From contig CBDCNP010000002.1 in the NCBI GenBank assembly GCA_965219415.1, positions 2,048,001 through 2,112,000 of the forward strand: a DNA stretch of 64,000 nt, written 5' to 3'. The position numbers and the translations under genes are program-made. How positions within the stretch are numbered: position 1 is the stretch's first letter; the number at the start of each line of letters is the position of its first letter. The notes under the pieces are model-generated. The model saw nothing but the letters and a program-made list of their open reading frames with translations, searched no databases and was not told the DNA's origin. This DNA is from Candidatus Marinacidobacterales bacterium. Lineage in GTDB: Bacteria > Acidobacteriota > Vicinamibacteria > Marinacidobacterales > DATDRI01. Shown piece after piece: positions 42,649-51,788 of this stretch.

Positions 42649-43929
42649 GTCCCTGGAATAGGCTCGCTCCAATAAGACCGCCGGATGAGTTATCTCGCAG
42701 TTGAGCCCGGCCCGCTCGACTCCGTGGGATAGTTGCATCAGGCACCCGGGGTTCCCGCTCACAACAATATCGGGGGCGATCCTTTCCAGATGCCTCATTT
42801 TTTCATCGAGCGCGTTCATCGACACGCCATAGTGCGTAAGGTTGTAGATGCCTGCGCTTCCGCAACACCGCTCCGAGTCGGGGAAGCTCAAAAGAGAGAG
42901 GCCGGGTATGCTCGCGAGCAGATCCCGTGGCTCCGCGCGCACCCGTTGCGCATGGAAGAGATGACAAGGCGCGTCATAGGCAACGCGAGCCTCGACCCGT
43001 CCGTGCGGTGGCTCGAAACCCTCTCGCACGAGAAAGGCTGAGACGTCTCCCACCCGGGACGCGAACTCGGAGGACTCGGGATCATCGGCAAGCAGCTCTT
43101 CATACTCGGAGAGTGCAGCACCACAACCCGCCGCGTTCACCACGATGGCATCGACGCCCGCATCGCCGAACGCCCGCACGTTCGCTCGCGCAAGTTCTCG
43201 CGCCACGTCGGGGAGTCCATTGTGGAGGTGCAGAGCGCCGCAGCAACGCTGCGCCTCGGGGACGACGACTTCGAACCCATTTCGTTGTAACACCCGGGCG
43301 GTCGCACGGTTCACGTCGCCGAAGAAATGAGTTGCGATACACCCGGCGAAGAGGCCGACCCTTTTTCGGCGAGCCCCTTCGGCTTGAAAGAGCACTGGCA
43401 AATTGCGCCGCGCCTCTCGAGGGGGAACCCGCGGCAAGAGCGATTCGCGATCCGCCAGCCCGCCGGCCAGATCGCCAGGAAGCAATCGAAGCAATCTTTG
43501 CGCCATGCTACGTAACCCAGTCGCCTCGTATAGATGAAGCAGACCAACCAGCCGTTTTAGCCTCGTCGGGTGTGCCAGGATGCTTCCCAGCATTACTTTT
43601 TTGGTCGCTCTCGTCAGCCACCCTTCCGTTTTCTGCTCGGTGATAAGACCACGTACATCTTCCATGATCGATCCCACCGGAACACCTGCCGGGCAAACGG
43701 ATTCGCAAGCGCGGCACGCCAAGCAATCATAGATGTCCTCGGTCAGGGTGGGCGTGATGTCGAGCCGGCCTTCGAGTACCGCACGGATGTTGTACACCTG
43801 GCCGCGGGGCGCCACCGACTCGCGCCCCAAGGCGCTATAGGCCGGACACGCAGGCAGGCAGAGCCCGCAGTGCACGCAGGACAAAGTCTTATCGTAGAGG
43901 GCCTGGTGCTCGGGCGTCACGACTCGCAT
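42634..43929 (-). CDS. glcF: Glycolate oxidase iron-sulfur subunit GlcF
   Basis: CVHCGLCLPACP, CLACRACESVCP, two CCG domains (CCGALH, CCGSAGIYN), NPGC. Confidence 0.9.
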   Translation of the reverse strand: MRVVTPEHQALYDKTLSCVHCGLCLPACPAYSALGRESVAPRGQVYNIRAVLEGRLDITPTLTEDIYDCLACRACESVCPAGVPVGSIMEDVRGLITEQKTEGWLTRATKKVMLGSILAHPTRLKRLVGLLHLYEATGLRSMAQRLLRLLPGDLAGGLADRESLLPRVPPREARRNLPVLFQAEGARRKRVGLFAGCIATHFFGDVNRATARVLQRNGFEVVVPEAQRCCGALHLHNGLPDVARELARANVRAFGDAGVDAIVVNAAGCGAALSEYEELLADDPESSEFASRVGDVSAFLVREGFEPPHGRVEARVAYDAPCHLFHAQRVRAEPRDLLASIPGLSLLSFPDSERCCGSAGIYNLTHYGVSMNALDEKMRHLERIAPDIVVSGNPGCLMQLSHGVERAGLNCEITHPAVLLERAYSRDLGHE

Positions 43930-43972
43930 GGCGTACAGCATTATAATCGCTAATCTGGGAGGGAGGTTAGCT

Positions 43973-45610
43973 ATGCCGTCAAAATACGTCGTGCCAGCGA
44001 TGCTGGGCATCAAAACAGCCCGGTGCCAGTGTCAAAGTGGCCAGATGCCGGGCATCAAAACAGCCTGGTGCCACCATCAACGTGGCGCGCGGCCGTCAAA
44101 ATGGCCCGTTGCCAATAATCCAGGTGGCCAGACGGCGGTCAGACGGCGGTACGCGGCCCTATCGTTCGTTTTCGCTCTACTACTCCTGGTGTCGACAGCT
44201 CATTCCCAAGACCCGGGCGGCGATGTCGGCAAGATCGTCGGCGAGATCCTGACTCGCGGTCAGCAAGAAAGCTACCTGTACGAGCTGTCCGACGGGATCG
44301 GCCAGAGACTCACCGGAAGCCCCAACGCCGAGCGCGCCGAGGAGGCGGTCGCCGAGTGGCTTCGCGAACTGAGTCTCATCAACGTTCATTTTGATCCCTT
44401 CCAGATGGGAGCCGGCTGGACGCGCGGAACCGCCGCGGCATCGATGACCTCACCCTATGCTCGCCCGCTCATCGTCGGCTCCTACACGTGGACGCCGGGC
44501 ACGGAGCCGGCAGGTGTGGAGGGCCCGATCGTCGATGCGGGCACCGGCACACCGGAGGACGTGAAGGCGATACTCGGGCGAGCCGCCGGAAGCATTGCGC
44601 TTGTTTCACCCATCACGACATCGCTCGACGAGGTCATCGAGAACCTTTATCGCACACCCGAGCTTGTCCGGGAGTTGGCCGATGCGGGCGTGAAAGCCGT
44701 CCTCATCGCCTCCGACAAGAAGGACACGCTCCTCTACACGGCACCGGTTTCCTTCGGAGCCGAGGCGTCGGTCTCTCCCGTGCCCGTTCTGTCGGTGGCG
44801 CAAGAAGACGTTGGCCTGCTTCGCCGTCTGCTCGCCCGAGATCAAGTAAGGGTTCGGGTCACGGTCAGGAACACCGTGGGGCCAGCGTTTCAATCGCGCA
44901 ACGTGGTCGGAGAGATTCGCGGCACCGAAGCGCCCGAGGAGATCGTCCTCATCGGCGCTCATCTCGATTCCAACGATCTCGGATCCGGTGCCGTCGATAA
45001 CGCGGCGGGGTGCGCCGGTCTCCTCGAGACGGCCCGTGCCATCAAAGCCCTGGGACTCCAACCACGTCGCACGATTCGTCTCGTTTTCTTCATGGGCGAG
45101 GAAGAAGGATTGGTTGGATCGACCGCATACGTCAAGCAACACTTGGATTGCCTAGACGACATGGTTGCGGTCTTGATCATGGACATCGGAGCCGGGAAGC
45201 CACTCGGTTGGTTCTCCATGGGAAGAAGCGACCTGGACAAAGAGATTGAGACGATCATGGATCCCCTCGGCGCCATTAGTGGATCCGCGATCGTGCACGC
45301 TGCTTTCGTCGCCACCGACAACGCCGCCTTCATGGCAGCGGGAGTTGCCAACCTTGTAATGATTCAAGACGACTCCTCCTACGTGCCGGTGCACCACACC
45401 GCGGCCGACACGCCAGACAAAGCCGACGGCGCGGCGCTGGCCGCGGCGGTGGCTACGTTGGCCGGGGTCGCTTACCAAATAGCGGATCAACCGGTTCGGT
45501 TCGGGAGACGTCTATCGCCGCCGGAAATTCAGAAAATGATGGAAGAGTCCGCAGGCCTCGAGCGCCAGTGGCGGGCCTCGGGTATTTGGCCGCTCAGCAA
45601 ATCACCCTAG
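43973..45610 (+). CDS. Secreted M28 family metallopeptidase (carboxypeptidase Q-like, PA domain); start uncertain
   Basis: GAHLDS, GAVDNAAG, GEEEGL, HHTAAD; GGAGG RBS before ATG 43973; signal-like segment begins ~55 aa later. Confidence 0.88.
   Translation: MPSKYVVPAMLGIKTARCQCQSGQMPGIKTAWCHHQRGARPSKWPVANNPGGQTAVRRRYAALSFVFALLLLVSTAHSQDPGGDVGKIVGEILTRGQQESYLYELSDGIGQRLTGSPNAERAEEAVAEWLRELSLINVHFDPFQMGAGWTRGTAAASMTSPYARPLIVGSYTWTPGTEPAGVEGPIVDAGTGTPEDVKAILGRAAGSIALVSPITTSLDEVIENLYRTPELVRELADAGVKAVLIASDKKDTLLYTAPVSFGAEASVSPVPVLSVAQEDVGLLRRLLARDQVRVRVTVRNTVGPAFQSRNVVGEIRGTEAPEEIVLIGAHLDSNDLGSGAVDNAAGCAGLLETARAIKALGLQPRRTIRLVFFMGEEEGLVGSTAYVKQHLDCLDDMVAVLIMDIGAGKPLGWFSMGRSDLDKEIETIMDPLGAISGSAIVHAAFVATDNAAFMAAGVANLVMIQDDSSYVPVHHTAADTPDKADGAALAAAVATLAGVAYQIADQPVRFGRRLSPPEIQKMMEESAGLERQWRASGIWPLSKSP
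43975..44114. repeat. Four imperfect ~22-23 bp direct repeats (GSCRTCAAAA...TGCCA)
   Basis: Copies at 43975-43996, 44006-44028, 44051-44073 and 44092-44114; 43999-44028 and 44044-44073 match at 28 of 30 nt. Confidence 0.65.
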
Positions 45611-45669
45611 TGCCCTGTATCAGTAATTCGCCACCTAAATCTCGGCCCCCATCCAAGAAGCCGGCGTTC

Positions 45670-46827
45670 CTATTTGCTACCGGCGCCCGACTCGCCGAGG
45701 CGTTCCATCTCTTCTCTCAAATCAATCTCTCGGATGGGTCGAACCAACCTGTAGTGGAGGTAGAGACTGAAGAGGACAGCCAAGACACCGATACCAATGA
45801 AAAACAGCACCAGAAACCAGGTGGCCGCGGTGGTCGGCGCCTGGGCCTCCCCGGCCTCCTGCTGGACCACAATCAGCCAATCGCCGTAGGCGGCAGGACT
45901 CGGCTCGGGCATCTTGGCGAAGCTCGCCACCCATACTCGGCGCTTGCCATCTCGACTCATGAAGGATTTCCGGCCTTCGCTCAGCGCCTCTTGAAGACTG
46001 GCGAAACCTGGGTACTGCCGCCGCATGATATCTTCCGGCCTACGCCCGGCAATGACGGTTCCATCTTTCGCACTTACCAAGAGCGCATGACCGGTTTCAC
46101 CTCGTTTCACGGCGCTCACGACAGAAAAAAGATCACTCGCCCGCCAGAGCGCCTTGAGTACCCCGATGACCAAGTAGTCATCGCCACCTAGCTTGTCGCG
46201 GACCGGAACCGCCATCTCCAGCTCGTGCCCGCCGGCGCTGGTGTCAAAGATGACGCCACTCGAGTACAACGTGCCCTGCTCACCGTCACCGAACGCCTGC
46301 CGCCACCAGGCCTCGTCCGCCTGGTAGTAGTCGGTTGTAATGTTGGTCGCCGCCACCAAGGCTCCTTGCCGGTCGGTCAACAAAATCTCTTGGTAGGATG
46401 GGTTTAAAGCTGCGATCTCTCGGAGAAACTCCGACGTATCGTTCCCAACGATGTCCAAGGCAATGGGTACCGCTCCGCGCCCACGCACCCAGTCCCCATC
46501 GACTTCGAGCAGCCGGTCTCGGATCTGCTCCGGGTCCACGACGTAGCGACGATTCGAGACGTTGGCGGCTTCACGCAACGAGGGCGTCGATGCGATGACG
46601 GAAACGTTGGCGAGATTGTTGAGCAAATAAGTATCCAAATAACGTGCCGCATCGGCGGCGGCACCGCCCAGCATGTCTTCGCCAAGGGTCTGATTAAGCT
46701 CGGCTCTAAGCCAACCTAGAATGAGGAGACAGCCAGCGAGAAGGAACGGCCCCCCTATCGCCAAGAACAGCAAGACCAACCGGGGCTCGAGCTCAATGAG
46801 GCGGGTACTCTTCTTTTTTTCGGCCAT
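45670..46827 (-). CDS. Cache-domain membrane sensor lacking a cytoplasmic output domain
   Basis: Two TM helices flank EILLTDRQGALVAAT...DYYQADEAWW...FDTSAG...AVPV; the protein ends ~25 aa after TM2. Confidence 0.8.
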   Translation of the reverse strand: MAEKKKSTRLIELEPRLVLLFLAIGGPFLLAGCLLILGWLRAELNQTLGEDMLGGAAADAARYLDTYLLNNLANVSVIASTPSLREAANVSNRRYVVDPEQIRDRLLEVDGDWVRGRGAVPIALDIVGNDTSEFLREIAALNPSYQEILLTDRQGALVAATNITTDYYQADEAWWRQAFGDGEQGTLYSSGVIFDTSAGGHELEMAVPVRDKLGGDDYLVIGVLKALWRASDLFSVVSAVKRGETGHALLVSAKDGTVIAGRRPEDIMRRQYPGFASLQEALSEGRKSFMSRDGKRRVWVASFAKMPEPSPAAYGDWLIVVQQEAGEAQAPTTAATWFLVLFFIGIGVLAVLFSLYLHYRLVRPIREIDLREEMERLGESGAGSK

Positions 46828-46904
46828 GATCGAACTCCTTTCCACTCGCGCGAGACCGGAGCACGGGGAAAGTTCGGGGAGAGATCGCAGCTCCAAAGCC
46901 CGCG

Positions 46905-46988
46905 CTAAAAAGCGAGCGTTTGTCCCGAGATCGGCTCGGGACTAAGTGCGTGGGTCCCGAGCCACGGTAAACCGATCGGAGACACCAT
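46905..46988 (-). CDS. Putative 27-aa leader peptide (uORF)
   Basis: AAGGAGG followed by ATG at 46988; MVSPIGLPWLGTHALSPEPISGQTLAF*; overlaps alternative hairpins. Confidence 0.4.
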   Translation of the reverse strand: MVSPIGLPWLGTHALSPEPISGQTLAF

Positions 46989-47073
46989 GGAGCCTCCTTC
47001 TGTTTGAGTAAAAGCTAGATGCTACATACCGCCCCGTCGCCTCAAAGTCAAGAAGGGGTTCGATTAGGCGGCG

Positions 47074-48324
47074 TTACAGACGACCCACGAAGCGGCCAGG
47101 CGAAAGAACTCCATTGGGGTCGAGTTTCTCTTTGATCTTCTCCATCAATTCAAACCCTGAAGGCTTCCCACCGAAAACGTCAAGGCGCGCTTTGAGCTCC
47201 TGAGGCCCTGATTCCAAAACGGCATTACCGTCGAGGCCCTGGGCCTTCGCCAACATATTCGGATAGTCCTCGGGGTCTTCGGAACGCGCGTAGACCAAAC
47301 CGGCGTCCGGGTACGCCACGATCGGTCCTTTCGCTTGCCACCTCTCGGCGAGGGACACCGTTTGCGAAGGTAGGACCTGACCGAGGACAACCATGGGCGA
47401 CTCCGGCGACGACGCCGGGAAATCGCGGAGCCGGTCCCACAAAATTTCGCTTTCCCCGGGAGTCGGTCGGAAAACCTCGTTCCCACGCAAGAGATCTTCG
47501 CTCCTGTCGCAATGGTCGGACACCTCCTCATCGATTCCTTCATAGCGGAGCAAGAGCAGCCAACCGTTGAAAGAAAGGGTAGCGGCGAGGGACGGGTCAG
47601 CGACCGCGATGACCTCAGGCCGGAAGGCGCCCCTTCCGAGCACAGAAATAGCTTCAGAGATCGAAAACGCATCCCGAAGCGATACGGCAAGCGTCACGGT
47701 TGTTTCGGGAATGGGCCGCACGCGCAGGTGAACGCGGGTGAGGAACGCCAGCGTCCCACGCGAGCCGACCAGGAGCTTCATCAGCTCGTAGCCGGCCACG
47801 TTCTTCACCACCCGCCCCCCTGCAGAAACCGGAGTTCCGTCCGCCAACAAAGCATCGAAGCCCAAGAGGAGGTCGCGTGGGCGCGCCCCCGGTTGACGAC
47901 GGAAGCCGGGCTCACCCGAGGCGAGGACTCCACCCACGGTGGCCCGCTCGCCGGACGGCGGATCCCACGGCATGAACTGCCTCTCCTTCGCGAGCAACTG
48001 CTGAAGCTCGCGAAGTCGAGTGCCAGCCTGAACGGTTACGGTCGAGTCCGCGGGCTCGTAGTCCTCGACGCCCTTGAGGTGGGAAGCACTAAGATAACAA
48101 TCGAGTCGGGCAGGCAAGTTGCCGACATGGAGACGCGTGCCACCTCCGTACGGAACCACCGCCAGCCCCTCGCGGGAACAGAAGGAGAGCGTCTCGGAAA
48201 CGGCCTCCGGCGACACCGGTTCCAGAACCAGAGACGGCTCCATGCCGTCGATCTGCGGGTCTTCGGTTCCCGGTGGGCGAGCATTCGCCTCCTTTAACAA
48301 CTCGCGGGCTTTCCCGATCGTCAT
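47074..48324 (-). CDS. glcE: Glycolate oxidase FAD-binding subunit GlcE
   Basis: PYGGGT, TVQAG, ATVGG, GGRVVKNVAGYELMKLLVGSRGTL, DPNGVLSPGR; ATGA overlap with glcD. Confidence 0.88.
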   Translation of the reverse strand: MTIGKARELLKEANARPPGTEDPQIDGMEPSLVLEPVSPEAVSETLSFCSREGLAVVPYGGGTRLHVGNLPARLDCYLSASHLKGVEDYEPADSTVTVQAGTRLRELQQLLAKERQFMPWDPPSGERATVGGVLASGEPGFRRQPGARPRDLLLGFDALLADGTPVSAGGRVVKNVAGYELMKLLVGSRGTLAFLTRVHLRVRPIPETTVTLAVSLRDAFSISEAISVLGRGAFRPEVIAVADPSLAATLSFNGWLLLLRYEGIDEEVSDHCDRSEDLLRGNEVFRPTPGESEILWDRLRDFPASSPESPMVVLGQVLPSQTVSLAERWQAKGPIVAYPDAGLVYARSEDPEDYPNMLAKAQGLDGNAVLESGPQELKARLDVFGGKPSGFELMEKIKEKLDPNGVLSPGRFVGRL

Positions 48325-49763
48325 ATCCAGGCTCCCGGAATCGCCGCCACGCTGCCTAACGCTCCTTTTTCGCCACACCCCTGACCGGTCGGAAACACCT
48401 TGCTCGGATTGCATAGGCCTCGAGGGTTCCAGACCTCGCGAAGCGAACGCATCAGGTCGAGATCCGACTCGGAAAAGATCAGCTTCATGAAATTCGCTTT
48501 TTCGGTACCGATCCCATGCTCACCACTGATCGAACCTCCTACCGACACACAGAGCTCCATGATCGCTCGCCCGGCCTCGAGCACCCTTCGCTTTTCGTCC
48601 TCGTCGCGGCCGTCGTAAGGAATACAGGGGTGGAGATTGCCGTCGCCGGCATGAAACACGTTGGCCACCCGGATGCGGTACTCGCGCGCGATCTCGTCGA
48701 CCTTGGCCAGGACTTCCGGCAAGCGTGTCCGAGGAACGACCCCGTCCTGCACATAGAGATCGGTGGAGACACGGCCCATCGCCCCGAAGGACACTTTCCT
48801 CCCCTTCCACAGCCGCTCGCGCTCCTCGGCGTCGCGCGCCGCGGTGAAGGCCACCGCGCCGCGCTGACGGCAGATCGCTTCCACCTCTTTTTCTAGCCGG
48901 CCCATGGCCGCCTTCGCCCCGTCGAACTCGACCAAGAGCACTGCCTCGGCGTCCTTGGGGTATCCGGCCGCGCTGACCCCAGCCTCGACGACCTCAATGG
49001 TGGCTCGATCCAGCATTTCCAGTGCCGCGGGCACGATACCGTGAGCCACGATGTCGGAAACCGCTTCACACGCCGCGACCATGCTGCGGAAGGGGGCGAG
49101 ACATGTCTTCACCGCCTCGGGCAGGGGCAACAATCGCACCTCCGCCTCGGTGGCGATGCCGAACATACCCTCGGATCCGACGAATAGTCCCACCAAATCG
49201 TAGCCCACACCGGGCCGGCGGTCCCCCAACTTCACGATTTCTCCGTCAGGCAACACCACTATGAGGGAAAGGACGTGGGCGGTCGTTGCACCGTACTTGA
49301 AACAATGCGGCCCGCCCGCGTTCTCGGCGATGTTGCCGCCCACGGTGCAAGAAGACTGGCTGGACGGATCGGGCGCAAAGAAGAGGCCGCTCGAAGCGAC
49401 GCCTTGGGATATCGCTAGGTTGACGATGCCCGTTTGGACACGAGCGGTGCGATTCTCGATATCGACATCGAGAATCCGGTTCAGCCGGTTCATCGCCACA
49501 ACGACTCCGCCTTCGACCGGGATAGCACCCCCGGAGAGTCCCGTTCCTGCGCCTCGGCCCACGAAAGGGATCCCCGATGCTGCACAGACTCGGACCACCT
49601 CCGATACCTCTTCTGTCGAGCCCGGCAGTACTACCGCTTCAGGAGGGCTCTTGAAAGCGGTGGTCCCGTCACATTCGTAAACCAGGACGTGCTCGGGCCG
49701 CACAAGTAGGGCATCCTTGCCCACGATCCGCTCTAACTCTCTGAGGGAGGTCTTGGGTAGCAC
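48321..49763 (-). CDS. glcD: Glycolate oxidase subunit GlcD (FAD-linked oxidase)
   Basis: RGAGTGLSGGA, PDPSSQ, GGNIAENAGGPHCFKYG, FHAGDGNLH, GEHGIG. Confidence 0.92.
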   Translation of the reverse strand: MLPKTSLRELERIVGKDALLVRPEHVLVYECDGTTAFKSPPEAVVLPGSTEEVSEVVRVCAASGIPFVGRGAGTGLSGGAIPVEGGVVVAMNRLNRILDVDIENRTARVQTGIVNLAISQGVASSGLFFAPDPSSQSSCTVGGNIAENAGGPHCFKYGATTAHVLSLIVVLPDGEIVKLGDRRPGVGYDLVGLFVGSEGMFGIATEAEVRLLPLPEAVKTCLAPFRSMVAACEAVSDIVAHGIVPAALEMLDRATIEVVEAGVSAAGYPKDAEAVLLVEFDGAKAAMGRLEKEVEAICRQRGAVAFTAARDAEERERLWKGRKVSFGAMGRVSTDLYVQDGVVPRTRLPEVLAKVDEIAREYRIRVANVFHAGDGNLHPCIPYDGRDEDEKRRVLEAGRAIMELCVSVGGSISGEHGIGTEKANFMKLIFSESDLDLMRSLREVWNPRGLCNPSKVFPTGQGCGEKGALGSVAAIPGAWI

Positions 49764-50077
49764 TGAGGCAAGCTAGCATAGCGTCCAGTGGAGGAGCAAG
49801 ATCTCGCCGTCCATCCTGCCGCGGGCCAACCACTGAGGGGGCCCGGGAAGGCCAGGGTGGCTGGACGGTTGCAAAGAGGGAGTCCATGTAATACAGTTAG
49901 GAGCTTGGCCTGGCTCGGGACTCACTAGTTGCGTCTTTGGGATCTCTGATCGCAAGGAACCCCCGGAGCGCTGGGTCAAGTTTGGCAAGTGGGCCTCCTG
50001 GGAAACGTTCCGAGCTCGGCTTGAGCCCGGTACGCCAGCTAGAAGGCGTTGACTTAGCTCATGAGAAGGAGTCAGAC

Positions 50078-50581
50078 ATGAAGATGGCGTCCGGAAGCGC
50101 CGAGCTAGCAGTCAAGGTGAAAACGGAAGTGCCGAAAGTGGAAGCCAATGGGCTTAAGATCTTTTCACGCACCTTGAAGGTTGTCACCGACAGCCGAGTA
50201 GAGCTCTACAATGTGACCGATCGCATTCGTGATCTGGTACGGGCCTCGGGAGTCAAAGCTGGTTTTCTGGTCGTCTCTACTCTGCACACCACTACCGCGG
50301 TGTTCATTAACGAGTTTCAGGCCGCGCTCATGGCCGACGTCAAGACTTTTCTTGAACGGTTCGTCAACAAAGACCATGGGTACCTCCATAACTGCGAGGA
50401 CTGCTCCGATTGCGACCGGAAGAATGCCGACTCCCATCTCAGGGCGATGCTTCTAGGGCACAATCTGACGCTACCCATCGAGGAGGGGTCCATTACCCTT
50501 GGCAAGTGGCAGAGCATCTTGTTTGCGGAGCTCGACGGTCCCCGGGAGCGGACCGTGACCGCTCAGGTCATCGGTATCTAA
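50078..50581 (+). CDS. yjbQ: YjbQ family protein (secondary thiamine-phosphate synthase-like, UPF0047)
   Basis: HTTTAVFINE, NADSHL, LGKWQSILFAELDGPR; AAGGAG RBS. Confidence 0.9.
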   Translation: MKMASGSAELAVKVKTEVPKVEANGLKIFSRTLKVVTDSRVELYNVTDRIRDLVRASGVKAGFLVVSTLHTTTAVFINEFQAALMADVKTFLERFVNKDHGYLHNCEDCSDCDRKNADSHLRAMLLGHNLTLPIEEGSITLGKWQSILFAELDGPRERTVTAQVIGI

Positions 50582-50707
50582 GGGTATCTAGGGGCATCTC
50601 GGCCCCGCTGCAGGTTAGATCCCCACTCGTCAAAGTCTGTCAAGAGCGCGTATTAGCTTGCCCGCGGCAGGGAGAGTCAAGCTACACTGGCGGAAGGACC
50701 TGCAACG

Positions 50708-51085
50708 TTGCAGCTACGGTTGGATTTCGATTTCAACGCTGCCCATCGCCTTCCTTACTACGAAGGTCCCTGCTTTCACACCCACGGACATAATTATCGA
50801 TTGAGGGTCTTGGTCACCGGCCGTGTCGATCCCGCTACGGGCCTATCGATGGACTTCATGACCATCAAACGCCTGGTACAAGACAACGTTCTCCAGACCA
50901 TCGATCACAACGACCTGAACCAGGTGCTCGACAACCCAACTGCGGAAAACGTCGTGGCCTGGATTTGGAAGCGGCTGCGTCCTGCCCTGCCGGGCCTCGT
51001 CGAGCTCCAACTCTTCGAAACGCCAGACTGTGGCGTCATCTACCGCGGAGACTCCGATGGCGAAGCGGAAGCGGTCCAGCAGTAA
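50708..51085 (+). CDS. queD: 6-carboxytetrahydropterin synthase (QueD/PTPS family)
   Basis: FNAAHRL, CFHTHGHNY (CxxxHGH), DHNDLN, NPTAEN, LFET. Confidence 0.9.
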   Translation: MQLRLDFDFNAAHRLPYYEGPCFHTHGHNYRLRVLVTGRVDPATGLSMDFMTIKRLVQDNVLQTIDHNDLNQVLDNPTAENVVAWIWKRLRPALPGLVELQLFETPDCGVIYRGDSDGEAEAVQQ

Positions 51086-51710
51086 GACTGGCCGGCGAAC
51101 TCCTCGCCGCCAAACCCCGGACTTACGCTCGATGAGTGAAGCGATTCGTGCGTTCTTGGATACGGCCGGAATCGATACCGCTCACCCACAGCTGATCGAC
51201 ACACCCGAGCGGGTGGCGCGGTCGTGGACCGAAGAGTTTTTCGATGGGTACGGTGCGGACCCGGCGGTCATCCTCCGCGATCACTTCGATGCCGATGAGA
51301 GCGCCTCGACCGACTCGTCTGGGTTGGTCCTAGCCAAAGACATTCCGTTTCACGGCCTTTGCCCTCATCACCTTCTCCCCCTGCAGGGGCGAGCTCACAT
51401 CGGTTATCTCCCCAATGGCAAACTGGTTCCGTTTTCCGGCCTGGTGCGATTGCTGGACTGCTTCGCACACCGGCTGGAGGTGCAGGAAACCGTGACCAAG
51501 CAGATCGCGGAAGCACTGGTGAAGCATCTGCGCGTCAAGGGTGCGGCGTCGATCCTTGAAAGCGAGCAAACCTGTATGACTCTGCGCGGAGTAAAACGCC
51601 TCGGTACTCGAATCGTGACTACTCACTTCGCGGGATTATTCACTTCTCGGGCCGACCTAAGGAGCGAGTTCTTGCAGAGCGTGGGCCTCCCCGAAGGGAC
51701 TAATGAATGA
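51057..51710 (+). CDS. folE: GTP cyclohydrolase I (FolE), divergent
   Basis: DTPERVA, CPHHLLP, AHIGYLP, QE, CMTLRGV. Confidence 0.85.
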   Translation: MAKRKRSSSKTGRRTPRRQTPDLRSMSEAIRAFLDTAGIDTAHPQLIDTPERVARSWTEEFFDGYGADPAVILRDHFDADESASTDSSGLVLAKDIPFHGLCPHHLLPLQGRAHIGYLPNGKLVPFSGLVRLLDCFAHRLEVQETVTKQIAEALVKHLRVKGAASILESEQTCMTLRGVKRLGTRIVTTHFAGLFTSRADLRSEFLQSVGLPEGTNE

Positions 51711-51788
51711 GTGGAGGAGACTCCCGGCCTCGAGTCGCGATCATCACCGGCTGGCCGCGATGACCGACTCTGCCGTCGATCTCTTCGG

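Noticed and set aside
43975-44114. Repeat cluster as a CRISPR array
   Set aside because: Units are degenerate, the gaps between them are short (9-22 bp) and irregular, and no cas genes are present
49764-50077. Possible riboswitch in the 314-bp glcD-yjbQ intergenic region
   Set aside because: Some hairpins are present, but I could not match TPP, preQ1, SAH or other consensus motifs by eye; needs an Rfam search
50708-51710. queD-folE as a dpd DNA-modification or phage defence island
   Set aside because: No dpdA/tgt, queC, queE, nuclease or helicase genes are nearby
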